A stretch of 64,000 nucleotides of DNA from the human T2T-CHM13v2.0 reference genome, Homo sapiens (GCF_009914755.1 NC_060938.1); one strand, 5' to 3'; positions 1 to 14,793 are shown, numbered from the stretch's first letter. Notes: generated from the sequence alone by a model not told the origin. A program made the numbers and translations.

Positions 1-636
<636 letters not shown>

Positions 637-1255
637 TCCTTCTTTTCCAAATGTATAATATATGCCAAACTTTTTCATTTTAACTCCCACACCATTCTCC
701 AGCAATTCCCACCCCACCCAAACACACTCATTCCTCTCTCAATGACTCAGGAAGGTAATGACTCCAGTAGATTAATCACTTCAAAGTATGTAGTATCAAG
801 GATTTTCAAACTTTTTTTTAAATGAAAGCAAATTCAACCTGTCAACAAAGTGAAAGAGATGTTTCTCCCACATGCTTTTACTTTGATTAAATATTTATTT
901 TAAACAATATTACATTATTGTCATTTGACAGCCCCCTACCACCCCACTTCAAACCTGGTACCAGGAGGAAATAATCCACTCTATATGCTCTAAAGATAGC
1001 AACCTGACTACAAGGCTTGTGACACTCTTTTCCTCCTGGGCTCCTGAGAAAAAGGGGCCTCCCATGTTAGAAGTTTTATATGCAGTTTCCCATAGAACAG
1101 AAGGCCCAATGCCAAAGACAAAGAAACAAACAAACAATAAAAAACCCACTAAGCAGGCACAAATGATTGTTATGATCCTCAGGATATTTTTAATTTTTTG
1201 TATGGTGGTTCAAAAAATAATTACATTAAAAGCTAACAAGCAAAATAAGCAATAA

Positions 1256-1575
<320 letters not shown>

Positions 1576-1694
1576 AAGAATATTTTTTAAAACTTAGTCT
1601 TTGACATGGAACACATGGTTCTGAAGGCCAGAGATAAGAATTTTTTAGATAACTCACTCACTTGGGCAGAGTCATATTTGTTCAACAACTAAGG

Positions 1695-2507
<813 letters not shown>

Positions 2508-2729
2508 AGGTATGGAGAAGAAAAACCAAAAATGCTCTTTCTCTCTTAAACTGTAATATCTCTCCTACTCTTAGGACACAATTAAAGCAGTATGTGCCAT
2601 CATTGAATCCTATGAGGGGAGGTAAAACCACCTACAAGGTAAACAAGCTTAAATTGCTAAAAAGGAGTTCTAGACTGAAAATAAGCAAGAACTTCTTAAC
2701 AGAGAAAACCAACAAACACAAACTCAACC

Positions 2730-3200
2730 AGCCATTAGCAATTGAATTCCTCCTTAGATGAAATAAGAATCATATCCTACAGAAATTGTTGTACATGTAC
2801 ATCAAATGTATGTACAAGGATCTGAAATGTTGCACTGTTTGTAAAAATTGAAAGTTGCAAACAACCTTAAATACAATAAATAGAGAAGCAATTTTTACAA
2901 ATATATATATATATGGTATGCCCATATACTGGGAAGTCTAAGCAGCTGTTGGAAAATAGGTGGACTTGAATGTCTAACATGGAAGAGATTCCAAAATGTA
3001 TTGTTAAATGATGTATGTGTACACACACCACACTGTAGAGGCTGGGTGAGGAGAAGCAGTGCGGAGGACAAAGAATGGGGTCAGTAGGACAAGGGAAATT
3101 ACCTTTTGTTCTTTATACTTCTGTATTACTTGAAATTTTACAACAAAAATACATTTATCTATTACTTTTGTAACTTTAAAATAATAAAAACAAAAAAGAC
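2730..3200 (+). mobile_element. Old L1 (L1ME-type) 3' fragment
   Basis: Degenerate ORF2-end/3'UTR motifs (GCACTGTTTGTAA..AAACAACC..ATGGTAT). Confidence 0.5.
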
Positions 3201-3388
3201 TAAAATTGTATGTTCTGTACAACATGACACTTTAGTATTAGGAAACCTAGACTCACTTCTATCATGAATTTTGAATATCAATTTCTTCATCTGTAAAAAT
3301 AGGAGAGATTGGATAGCCCAAATATAGGACAATTTTGAGAAACAAATGAGAATATCAAAGTTCTTTGAAAAACTGGAAAAGCCCTATA

Positions 3389-3752
3389 TAGTAGTCCCTC
3401 CTTATTCAAGATTTTGCTTTCCAAGATTTGTTATCCACGATTAACCACATGGCCCAAAAATGTTACATGGAAAATTCAAGAAATAAACAATTCATAAGTT
3501 TTAAATTGCATGTCGTTTTAAGCAGCATGTTGAAATTTCTCACCATCCCACTCCATCCCAACAGGGACATGAACTAAGCCTTGGTCCAGCATATTCACAC
3601 TGTCTACACTACCTATTAGTCACTTAGTCACCTTCTGGGTTATCAGATCGAAAAAACATAATATATATATATAGGGTTTGGTACTATCCTCAGTTTCAGC
3701 CATCAGTTGGGGGTTCTTGAAATGTATCCCCTGAAAATAAGGGGGGCTATTG
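3389..3752 (+). mobile_element. MER44A (TcMar-Tigger non-autonomous DNA transposon), full length
   Basis: Terminal inverted repeats TAGTAGTCCCTCCTTAT / ATAAGGGGGGCTATTG, TA target duplication on both sides, internal AAATAAACAATTCATAAGTTTTAAATTGC. Confidence 0.88.
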
Positions 3753-3802
3753 TATACGCAGATGTAAGATATCATTATTGCCCCCTAAAAACCTTCCAGA
3801 AC

Positions 3803-4030
3803 TCATTCATTCGTTCAACAAACCTTTTCTTTCTTAGGGAGGGGCCACTGTTCTACACACTAGGATTCCAGAGATGAGTAATATATTATCACCACTCTCA
3901 AGGAGTAACTGAGAATCAATAATCACAGATATTATAATGGAAAAATAATGAAAAGGCCTATGCTTCTCCATGAAAATTCTGTAATAGAAACTATAGATAG
4001 AGAGAAAGAATGTGAGGCTCATAGGATGGA
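3803..4030 (-). mobile_element. L2 3' end fragment
   Basis: CATTCATTCGTTCAACAAAC, the reverse-strand L2 terminus. Confidence 0.55.
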
Positions 4031-5439
4031 GTGGGAGAGAGAGGAGGGCTAGTTAAGACATCTAGAGTCAGGCTTCCGAGCCACCTTCCTGGCAGGTATG
4101 TCCCTTTTTGATCCAACCTGGCTCATTCTCAGTTTGCCCAACATGTTCACTACTGCTATTGTAGAAACCAAGACAGGGCACTTTTAAGGCTGATGCCGAA
4201 AGGTGCATGTGTTTGGGAAGCAAAGATGTTCAGTGTAATCCTGGAAAAGAGGGCCCCCATCTGATTCAAGAGCAATAAAATACGGATCATTCAAACAGCA
4301 AAAACATAGTTGACACACTTACAAAGAAAGGAAGCACCAAAGTCCCTCTCAGGCTTGGGACTCAATAATTAGAATCCTGTCAAATCACTGGAGTCATAGA
4401 TGAGAGAGCAAAAGAGGTCACGAAAGTTCCATCCAGAGGACCATTGGTCATCCTCCCCTGAAGCCCCATTTTACAGGTGAGGACATCAAGGCTTCCCCCA
4501 GTCCTCTGGACTTCTTGACCGCTCATCTTCCCCTAAGCAAGATAAGTACATCGTTGCCCATCAATCAGAGGGTCAATGATCCTTTATAGATATCAGTAAG
4601 GTTTCCAAATCTGGTTTCTTGGAACCGTCAGTATAGTGAATAAAACTGTGAGACACTACATCACGTTGTTTATTGCTTTTTGCACAGTTCAAACTGGCAT
4701 CTGTTCAGCCCAGGGTTATTTAAGGCCTAATGTTCATGGTGCTGGAGTGTACAGTGAAATAAATGGGGTTTCAGCTAATTAAATGCTGGCACAAAGCTGA
4801 GGTGTTTGAAAAATCTCTAAATCCATCTAGTGGCCTGTCCCTGAGCCAAGAGCTGCTGCTGTTAAATGACACAATAAAAGAGATGCTGTGTAAATTTCAA
4901 ATATTTTATTGAACATAAATAATTAGAATATCTAACCATTTGCTAAGGCAGAAATATCTAGCAGCTAATGTGCAGAACGCACTGCAGATGTTCACAAACT
5001 ACAGAAATGTCAATATGCTTTTAAGTTCCTTTTAACCAATTTTTTACTCTAAAGAAGTAAACATTTATAACTGTGAATAAATGGTTTGTGGTTTGGGCAA
5101 AATGTTTAGGAATATTCAATAAAGCAGCCATATAAATATTCAGTTATGGAGATAATTTGATTTAAATAGATGGTACTTTCAATAAATAAACGTTGTTCAA
5201 CATGAATCAACATTTTAAACAACCAGCAAGCATCAAAACCCAGCTGATGTTTCAGGCAAATCTTTGGAAAACATTTTATTTAGCAGTTCTTCTTACATAT
5301 GCTATACAATGTCAATGATTCCTTCATAGTCTTTATTATCAGGAATATTGGCATGAAAGCAGTATCTTTTCTTAAGAGAATTCATCTTCTTTCAGCACCA
5401 CATTTTATTACGATCTTTTCTTCTTTGCAGAGTTGCCAC

Positions 5440-5970
<531 letters not shown>

Positions 5971-6033
5971 TACCATTTTAGATTACTTGTTATAAATTGA
6001 GCTTTCCATTTGAATCATTTAAAACAGACTTTG

Positions 6034-6376
6034 GAGTGAATTAACGACATTCACAGCGACCTGGATGAGATTGGAGACTATAATTCTAAGTGAAGTAACT
6101 CGGGAATGGAAAACTAAACATGGTATGTTCTCACTGATATGTGGGAGGTAAGCAATGAGGACACAAAGGCATAAGAATGATACAAGGGAATTTAGGAACT
6201 TGAGGGGAAGGGTGGGAGGGGAGGAGGGGTAAAAGACTACGAAAAGGGTGCAGTGTGTACTGCTCGGGTGATGGGTGCACCAAAATCTCACAAATCACCA
6301 CTAAAGAACTTATTCATGTAACCAAACACCATCTATACCCCAATAACCCATGGAAAAATAAATAGATAAATAAAAA
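6034..6376 (+). mobile_element. L1PB1-like 3' end
   Basis: GACCTGGATGAGATTGGAGACT..GGCATAAGAATGATACA..GGGTGCACCAAAATCTCACAAATCACCACTAAAGAAC. Confidence 0.85.
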
Positions 6377-6879
6377 CTATATATCTGATTTTTTTTTTAA
6401 ATGACAGGGCAAGAGGCAAGGGGCAAACTGTTCCCCTGCCAGGCTGTTTGATAGAAAAAGCAATGGTTATCTTGGTTCTAAAGCTTCAACCACACTGGAT
6501 CCTTGTGTTTCACATACCTTAAGGTTAGCGCCAACTTTCCAACTTTCCAAAAGAATAATTACATCGGGAAAGAAATGGGGTCAGCGGTTCTCGCAGTGCT
6601 TTTAAACAGGAAGTCTCGGAGCTCATGCAGGGAAGCAGCTCATAGCACTTCTTTCCTACTCATCAACCCAAAGAACCGCTCAATCCCAGGAAGAAGATAG
6701 AGGAGTACGTCTCACCAAACACAAGTTGACCCTAACTCTAAATCATCTACAGTCAAAAAATTGATGCTGCATCTGGTTGACACTGCCAGTAAAAAAATTT
6801 TTTTAAAAATGATTCTGCCTATAAAATGAAAATATATATATATAAAACAGACTTTGGACATCCATTGTTTTAACCTGTA

Positions 6880-7148
6880 ACTACTTTCTTTTAATACTGT
6901 CAAGGACAATAGAGATTGGTACGACATTCTTGGAGAGCAATTTGGTAATAGCTATCAAAATTTGAAATGCACATTTCCTTTGATCCAGCAACTACACTCC
7001 TGGAATTCACCTATCACTAGCTAGGTGGCAATATATTATTAGATCAATGTCCCAGAATGTTCACTGCTACATTTCTATAATAGTAAAATAAAGTGACAAA
7101 TGCCCATCAATAAATGATTAATTACCATGTACCCCCACTTATGGGACT
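6880..7148 (+). mobile_element. L1ME-type ORF2-end fragment
   Basis: TTGGAGAGCAATTTGG..CCTTTGATCCAGCAACT..AAATGCCCATCAATA. Confidence 0.6.
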
Positions 7149-7584
7149 TGTCACAGTAGGATTTTGCCTCTGTATGTTTGGTTATGGGGTGATTTCTCTT
7201 TATTCCCTGTGAAAAGAGAACACTTGTTCCCTCTTCTGAATTTTCCTTTTGTATGGAGAGAATCTGGCAGTGATACACTGCTGACCTCTCTCTGCCCCTT
7301 GAGGCGCTCAACCCAGGGGAGGTAGAGGGACTTTTGTGACTGGCGAATTTCGGAAGAATAACTAGACATGCTCTGCTCAGCAACTCCCTTTTACTTCTTT
7401 AGAGAGAGAAGTCCACAGGGAACAGGAGCTCTCTTCTGTCCAGGATATTCACCAGGCAGTCCCCGCAATAGGGAAGTCGGCTATGGTCAGCCCTGCCGGT
7501 GACTAGGTGGGTATAGGTGCCCAACTCCGGGCATCCGAGTTAGGAAGTCCATGCGGTTTGCACACTATCCTATATCTTCCAACA
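7149..7584 (-). mobile_element. Putative solo LTR of unassigned family
   Basis: TG..CA termini, minus-strand AATAAA about 50 nt from the end, interrupts L1ME-like sequence; no clear TSD. Confidence 0.35.
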
Positions 7585-7711
7585 TAGCCTTTAGCAATAA
7601 AAGAGGTAAATGATGTAATCTGTCAATCTTTTATATTTCAATTTGATCAGAACTTGGGCAAGGAAAAGGGATGCATTTGAAGGTCCTCATGAAGGTTACT
7701 GTATGCCCCAC

Positions 7712-7815
7712 AAATGTAAACTCTTTGGAGATGGGAATTATATCTGCCTTGCTCATCAGTATATCCCTAAAACAGAACCTAGACCCAAAAAATAAATGAA
7801 TGAATGAATGAATGA
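7712..7815 (+). mobile_element. L2 3' end
   Basis: ATGTAAACTC..ATAAATGAATGAATGAATGAATGA terminus. Confidence 0.65.
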
Positions 7816-8094
7816 CACAAATGGTGTTATTTTAAAAGTATGTGATGTATCTGTGTGTGATTATATAAATGTAGTTTCCTTAAGAGGGAGGGACTAGGAA
7901 AGGAGGCACCTTTTCAGTGTATGTCTACTGGCACTGTTTAGATTTTCTAACCACATGTATGTGGCAGTTATTTCATTAACGAAGTAGAAATGGAAACTGT
8001 CCACAAAAGGCTATTGTGAAGCATAATTATGAGCCCTTTTGTTTTCTCCTTTATATCTTCCTTTAATAAATAAACATTTTAAGAGAAAACTCCA

Positions 8095-8328
8095 TCAGGA
8101 AAAAAAGAAAGAAGGAAGAAAAGGAGAGAGGAAAGGAAGGCAGGAAGGCCAGAAGGAGGGAGGGAGGGAGGCAGGGAGGGAGGAAGGAAGGAAAGAAGAA
8201 AGGAAGGAAGGAAAGAAGAAAGGGAGGGAGGAAAGGAGGGAGGCAGGAAAGGAGGGAGGGAGGGAAGGAAGGAAAGGAAGGAAGTAGAGAAAGAAAAGAG
8301 GGAGGGAAACATGGAAGGAAGAAAAAAA
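8095..8328 (+). repeat. GA-rich (GGAA/GGGA)n low-complexity tract
   Basis: About 230 nt, almost purely purine. Confidence 0.95.
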
Positions 8329-8372
8329 TTCCTTAACAAGACCTTTTTTAGAATGAGTGATCACTCCTCTAC

Positions 8373-8720
8373 ATGTCAGGGTTCTTGGCTGAAAAAAACT
8401 AGAAACAATCTAGCTACATTAAACAGAAAAGAAATGCATCTGAAGGCATCAAATGACTAACAAAGTTGATGGGAAGGCTGGGGAACTAGCTTAAAAATGA
8501 GCAGGGTCCAAGGCAGCCCAGAGCACCACCGTGATGCCACAGAAACTTATGGTGATGACCACGCCACCTAGGACATGCACAGACAGTGGCCACACTGATG
8601 CTCTCACTGAGCCATTGGGTCCTCAATTCTGCTGCCACATTGAGTCTGCTCTGGTCCTCCTCTATCAAGGTTCAAAGTTCAGAGCAGAAGCAGCCAGTTA
8701 GCCAAGGTGAGGTTATCTGC
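8373..8720 (-). mobile_element. Old MaLR LTR (MLT1L/M/N-like)
   Basis: TGTCAGGGTTCTTGGCTG..TAAACAGAAAAG reverse-end pattern. Confidence 0.45.
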
Positions 8721-8986
8721 CCAAGTGGAGGGTTGGCCTTTGGTAGGATGAGGGAGGGATACCTCACCCCCTTCATTGTCTCTAGCAAGAGGGTGGATAG
8801 TTTGGGTACAGATGCTGGGAGGGAGGTAGGTTTGGAGAAGGGAGATGAAGAAATCTGATTGCTTGCTTCTGCTTTCTCAATGCATTATGACAAAGGACTA
8901 TCATGTCCTTTGAAGTGAGAAGTGAGAAAGCACCGTTAGAGATTTGAAAAAAGAAAAGGTGTGAAATCGCACGTTTGGAGGGGGGT

Positions 8987-9298
8987 GGTCCAGTTATTTA
9001 CTGCTACATAATAAATGACCCCAAAACATTGGCTTACAAGAATATAATAATTTATTTTACTTATGATTCTGGAAGTCAAATATGCCCAGCTAGGCAGTTC
9101 TCGCTTAGAGTCCCTCATAAGTTTGCAGTCAGATGGTGGGTGGGGCTGGGGTCATCTGGAAGGCCTATTCACATGTAAGCCTATCTCCTGGGCTGGGGAG
9201 GCAACAGCTGAGGCTCCTCAAAAATGTCTCTCTCTTTCTCTCTTTATATATATATTTTAAATATGTATTCATATATATACATACACCTACATATACAT

Positions 9299-9335
<37 letters not shown>

Positions 9336-9582
9336 GTTTATATAGCTATATATGTGGATTCACATGGCAGCTTAAGGTGTCCAATGCCCTAAGATAAATA
9401 AATAGAATCTTCATGGATTTTTCTAACCTAGCCTCAGAAGTTACCTGATGTCCTTTCAGCTGTGTTCAAGTCATGAAAGCAGTCACAAAGAGCTGCCCAT
9501 ACTCCAGAAAATGGGACATAGACTCTATCTCTTAATGGAAGAAATGCCCAAGAATTTGCCGAAATATTTTGAAATCACTACA
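8987..9582 (-). mobile_element. MLT1 (G/H/I-type) LTR with internal (TA)n
   Basis: CAGTTATTTACTGCTACATAATAAATGACCCCAAAAC..GCAGTCAGATGG..GGGGTCATCTGGAAGG..AATCACTACA. Confidence 0.7.
9244..9353. repeat. (TA)n/(TACA)n microsatellite
   Basis: Seen directly. Confidence 0.9.
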
Positions 9583-10747
9583 AATGGAAAGAAAAACAAA
9601 AATATTAAAGAAGTATAATAAAACTGTTGAGCTATATCGAGTGCTCATTTGAGATAGGTACTCATGAATTAAAGAGAGACCCTTTGACAGAGCTGTGTTT
9701 TTATCGATCAACTTTTGGCTACTGGGGTACCAATCCAGGAAGGAGGATGGTGGGGTGTAACATGGACTTTGCCAACAACTCCTATCATCTCTATGAAGAT
9801 GAAAGCACTAGGAGAGCAGGGACCTTGTCTGTCGCACTCATGGCAAGATCTCAGAGATTAGAATTGGGCTTTGTAAAAGGGGGTCCCTCAATATATCTGT
9901 GTTATGGGTGAACCTGGCCCTTTTTTGCAGCTTTTGTTTAAGATGTTCTTTCCAATCAGGATGCCTCCCCACTGCCCCCATCACCAATTCACTATATGAC
10001 TTTGCACAGATCACTTAACTGCTTGGAGCTTCTTTTTTGCACCTATAAAATGAAGATTATGTGATATTTAAGGTTCCTTTCAGGTGTAAAAATCATATCT
10101 TCCTATCTTATCCCACTCATCTGATGACTTCCAACAATGATGCCAAAATACATCAGCTCAGATGAAGGCACTAGCTCAGGTGCCCTTGGGTTTTTGCCTT
10201 GCAACTGATCCACTTAAGACACAGCCTCTGAAAACACATTGACTCTAAAAGCAAAGCCTCCTACACTCAATAAATCCTTGTTGGATTTCAGCAAGAGACT
10301 GCAGATAGAGAAGTATTGATGCTGGAGCTGTAAAGTGCCTTAGAGAAAAGACAGATCTGGCCCAGTCTTTGCCCTCTTGGGTGTTCACATCCTTTCTTAG
10401 CTATCACCCAACCCAGATGGATAAATATATCTCTTTTTGTCTTTCCACATACTTCAATCCCTTCCTTTCCTGAATCATTTCTGTTACTTTACTCTCAACC
10501 TTCCCCATTCTGTCTCTTCCTTTTCAATGCTTAATGTCAGGACCATCCACAGGGTAGAAGGTAGGGGGGTATGCAGTGGAAATAGAGGGGTGAAGGCAAT
10601 AGACAACAGTTAGTAAGACAGCAATATTCACTGAGCATTGTCTGTGCCCTGAAAGCTGCAGTACATTTGGGAGTCAGATTCACAGAGCTGTCAACTACCT
10701 ATGCGGTGAATTTGAGGGCCTGAAGTAGGGTCTCCCGCTAAAAAATG

Positions 10748-10978
10748 GCCAGCCTAGATTCAAATGCCACCGCCATCACTAAATAAATGTGTACGTGACC
10801 TTGAATAAGTTAATCCTTAACCATTCCATTCTTTAGTTTCCACCTCTAAAAAATGAAGATGATAGTACATCTGACTTCACAAAGTTGTTGTGAAGACTGA
10901 ATAAAACAATACACGTTAAGTGCTTAGAACAGTACCTAGCACATAGTAAGTGCTCAACAAATGTGAGATATTATCTAT
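10748..10978 (+). mobile_element. MIR
   Basis: GTGACCTTGAATAAGT core and AAGTGCTTAGAACAGTACCTAGCACATAGTAAGTGCTCAA tail. Confidence 0.8.
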
Positions 10979-12268
10979 TATCTTTCATGGTGTCTGAAAT
11001 TCTACCTGTTAAAGACTTAACCCTTGTGATTGAGGCAGCGACTCTATCCTTGGTGTTAGTCAAGGATATTCTATTAAATATACTCTATTATAGTCTATTC
11101 ATATGCTCAAGTTAAGACATCAGTTGTGTTCCTGCCTGACTCTGTGATAAATGAGATTCCAACCTTGGGCCCCTGTAACTGTTCCTGCTTTTATAATCTG
11201 CCCAATGTCCAATTCCTCTACCACAGGCTCTATGCCTTTAGTCTCCATCTAGTTACTAAAATCCAGCTTCTGAAATTCACACCCATGGATGGAGTTCTTC
11301 CAGGTATGCAGTAGCTATACAACACATATTCATTGACTGACTGGCCAGCTACCTTCTACTGGTCTCCTTGATGCTGACCTAGAATGGTGCCCCATATACA
11401 CCCTCCTCTGTGCTCTCTCACCTGCATTCAGCAGCGGCTTCCTTACTGCCCACACCTGAGCCCTCCTGCCACCCTCCGTGAGAAGACAGGTTCAAAATGT
11501 CAGCCAAACCACCACCCTGTTTCCATCTTCTTGGCTGATTAAACTAGGTCATTAAATCTTTGGGAGCTCTTCTCTTAAACACATATTCCATGAATCCCCT
11601 GCTCTAAAACTTCACTTTTCCAGGGTCAGACAACAAGGATCCACTAGGCACATTTAGCAACGTGTACCAGCTTCCTCCCTCTTCTGCATTGCCCTCTGCA
11701 GCTCTCCATGGGTGTTCCAGTGAGAGCCCCCTACTCCTCCCCACTGCCCAGGATCCCTGCTGAGTACAGGAAAATAGTCAAAACTATGACAGAGGAGATA
11801 AGGCTACCAGATCAAAGGGTTCAGGACAAGAGACGAGTGTAAATTAAGGCTGGAAAAGTAGGATGGTACCAGATCAAGTGGACTTGAAAGGAAGCAGACA
11901 AGTCTGAATGGCAGATTGGTATAAGAGGGATGTTTCAGGAGGGGTTCTGGCCCAGGTACACCATGTTGGGATGAGAAGGGTTTGGAGGTGAGACGACCAG
12001 TGAGGGTAGCACAGACCCCTTTGAAACTCAGCAGAAAGGTAGACCTTTGGTCCAAGGGGAAAAAAATACTGAAAATTTTGCATAATATTTCAGGGAGTTG
12101 ACAGATCTTAAAGCCCATTCATAGGACTCTCTGGGGCATCCCTGAACTTTTAAAAATCCCTGGAGCAGAATCTTACAACAAATCAACACCTGACATAGGG
12201 TGGTCACCTAAATGGTAGTTGTTATGCACTGAATGTTTGTGTCCTTCCAAAATTCATATGTTGAAGCC

Positions 12269-12792
12269 TACTGTGGTTTGAATGTGTCCTTCCAAAATTC
12301 ACATTGAAACTTAATCCCCAGTGAGATAATATTAACAGCCGGGATCTTTAAGAAATGATTGGGTCATGAGGGCTCCACCCTCATAAGTGAGATTAGTGTC
12401 CTTACAAAAGGGCTCAAGAGAACTAGCTAGCCCCTTTTGTCTTTCTGCCATGTGAGGACACAGTGGGGATGCAGTGCTTCTCTCGGAAGCAGAGAGCAAG
12501 CCCTCCCCAGACACTGAATCTCCTGGCACCATGATCTTGGACTTCCCAGCCTCCAGAACTATGATAAATAAATTTCTCTAAAAAGAAAAAGAGAGAGAGA
12601 GACAAGGTCTCACTATGTGGCCCAGGCTGGTCTTGAACTCCTGGGCTCAACAATCCTCCCACTACAGCTTCCCAAAGTGCTGGAATTACAGGCATGGGTC
12701 ACCATGCCCCACCACAAGAAATAAATACCTATTATTTGTAAATTACCCAGTCTAAGGTATTTTTTTTTAAACAGACTGAACTGACTAAGACA
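12269..12792 (+). mobile_element. MSTD-like LTR nested in MLT1A
   Basis: Perfect 5-bp TSD AAGCC (12264-12268, 12793-12797); ends GACTAAGACA. Confidence 0.82.
12580..12712 (-). mobile_element. FLAM_C / Alu left monomer inside the MST LTR
   Basis: GAGACAAGGTCTCACTATG..CTCCTGGGCTCAA..CCCAAAGTGCTGG. Confidence 0.85.
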
Positions 12793-13264
12793 AAGCCCTA
12801 ACCCACAATGTGAAGGTATTAGGACATAGGCCCTTGGGACATAATTAGTTCTAAATGAAGTCATAAGGGTGGGCCCCCATTATGGGATTAGTGCCCTTGT
12901 AAGAAGAGGAAGAGACACTGGAGCTCTTCCTACTCTCCACCATGTGAGGATACAGCAAGAACATAGCCATCTACAAGCCAGGAAGAGGATCCTCACCAAA
13001 AATTGAATATGCTGGCACCTTGATCTTAAACTGCTGAGCCTCTGAAAATGTGTGAAATAAATGTCTATTGTTTAAACCTCCCCATATGTGGTCATTTAGT
13101 ATAGCAACCTGAGCTAAAGCAGCAGTGTTTAATCCAAAAAAAAAAAAAAAAAAAAACCTACTTAATCTCTGCTGAGAGAAAACAGAAATTGATAAGCACG
13201 GTAGTAAATGGTACTAATGGAATGGATGATAGGAAGTAAACTCTAGGCCATTTAAGGAGGAGGG

Positions 13265-13533
<269 letters not shown>

Positions 13534-13709
13534 AGAAGGAGGGCAAAAACCAAGACTTTGAATTTGGGGATTTTGGAAATGAAAAACATGAAAGTTTGAA
13601 TATTTCTAAATAACCAGATAGATGGTGATGTATCCAAATGAGAGAGGATGCCTGTGTTTTGTTGATTTGGGTTTTTTGCATTGCTTATGGAGAGGGATGT
13701 AAAGTTTGA

Positions 13710-14040
13710 CTCATTCATCCAACAAGCTTTAATAAACCGCCTAGAATGTGCTTGGCTCTGGAAATATCAAGAAGCAAACGCAAGCAAATCCTTGCCCCCA
13801 CAGAGCATATACTGCTGTGAGAAAACGTGCAGGCAAAGAGCAATGACAATGCAGGGGTTGCTGAAGGGCAAGGGAGGTTTGCACAAAGTGTGAGGAGCAG
13901 GCTGGAAGGCACAGTTTTCCTGGGAAAACCATGGTGGAAATTGAGGTTGAGCTGAAACTGAAAATAGGCTTAGAGCTTTGCCTAATGGAATGAAGAAGGT
14001 TGGTATTACAGAGCCCTAAAGTTTGAGCAAGAGGAACTAC
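13710..14040 (-). mobile_element. L2 3' fragment
   Basis: TCATTCATCCAACAAGC reverse terminus, then typical purine-rich L2 body. Confidence 0.55.
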
Positions 14041-14793
14041 ATGTTATAGTTTTTCCCCCAGGCCCAGTAGCCCACATCTCCCCTTTATGTTCTTGGCCAA
14101 GTGCTGTGTATGGGAAATAGGAAGAAAACATCCATCCAAATGTAGGAAAATCACACTGACAACTGAGGAGAGGATGGGAAGCAGGAAAAGATTTGAGACA
14201 CTAGGGAAAAAAAGCAAAACAGTAAGGAGGTTGTATTCATGAACCTAAATTCCAAGCTGTTTCCCCCAGTGATAAGACAGAGGAAAAAGACAAAATATGA
14301 ATATCTGGACTGGCACAGTCAGATAGACTCCAATTGGGTTACCTCTGGGAAAATAGTAAAATCACCCTGCAGGGATCTCAAGGAGCCTGAGTCTTTGAAT
14401 TGAGTTTTAACAGCAACAAAGCCAGATTTTTTTTCTCTGGTCTGCAGTTGTATTGGCCTCCATGATCTCTGAATAAGTCAAGCAAGGGATTTTTCCTGAA
14501 GTGGGAAGCTTTTCATGGCTGGTTTCTTGAGAGCCTTGAACACAATGCTTTGGCAGGTATGTGGCTGCCCAGCAGGGAATCTTGGAGCTTTGAGCAGCTC
14601 TGGCAGTTGCAAGGAGGCAGGTCACACAGCTTCACAAATCTTCTAAAAGAAAAAGCAAGAGAGTCTAAATTTAAAGAGGAGAAGCAACAGCTATGGAAAA
14701 GAGGAGAAAAGTATCAAAGATTTTTAGAAAACAGAATAGAAAAGATAAATTAACTTCAAGCTCAGAAAGAAGCAAAGTAAAAGGAGGAATTGA

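Larger units (their letters stand above)
12219..13120 (+). mobile_element. MLT1A LTR hosting a nested MST LTR
   Basis: TGTTATGCACTGAATGTTTGTGTCC start; resumes after 12797 and ends GAGCTAAAGCA. Confidence 0.82.

Noticed and set aside
6579-6620. Resemblance of TCAGCGGTTCTCGCAGTGCTTT to vault RNA (TCAGCGGTTACTTCGACAGTTCTTT)
   Set aside because: It needs three gaps in about 25 nt and lacks the vault 5' end, B box and terminator; likely chance.
8039-8364. K/E/G/R-rich and F/L/P/S-rich ORFs
   Set aside because: Artefacts of the GA-rich simple repeat.
13136-13155. Isolated A20 run as the tail of a processed pseudogene
   Set aside because: No upstream mRNA-like body or convincing TSD; simple mononucleotide run.
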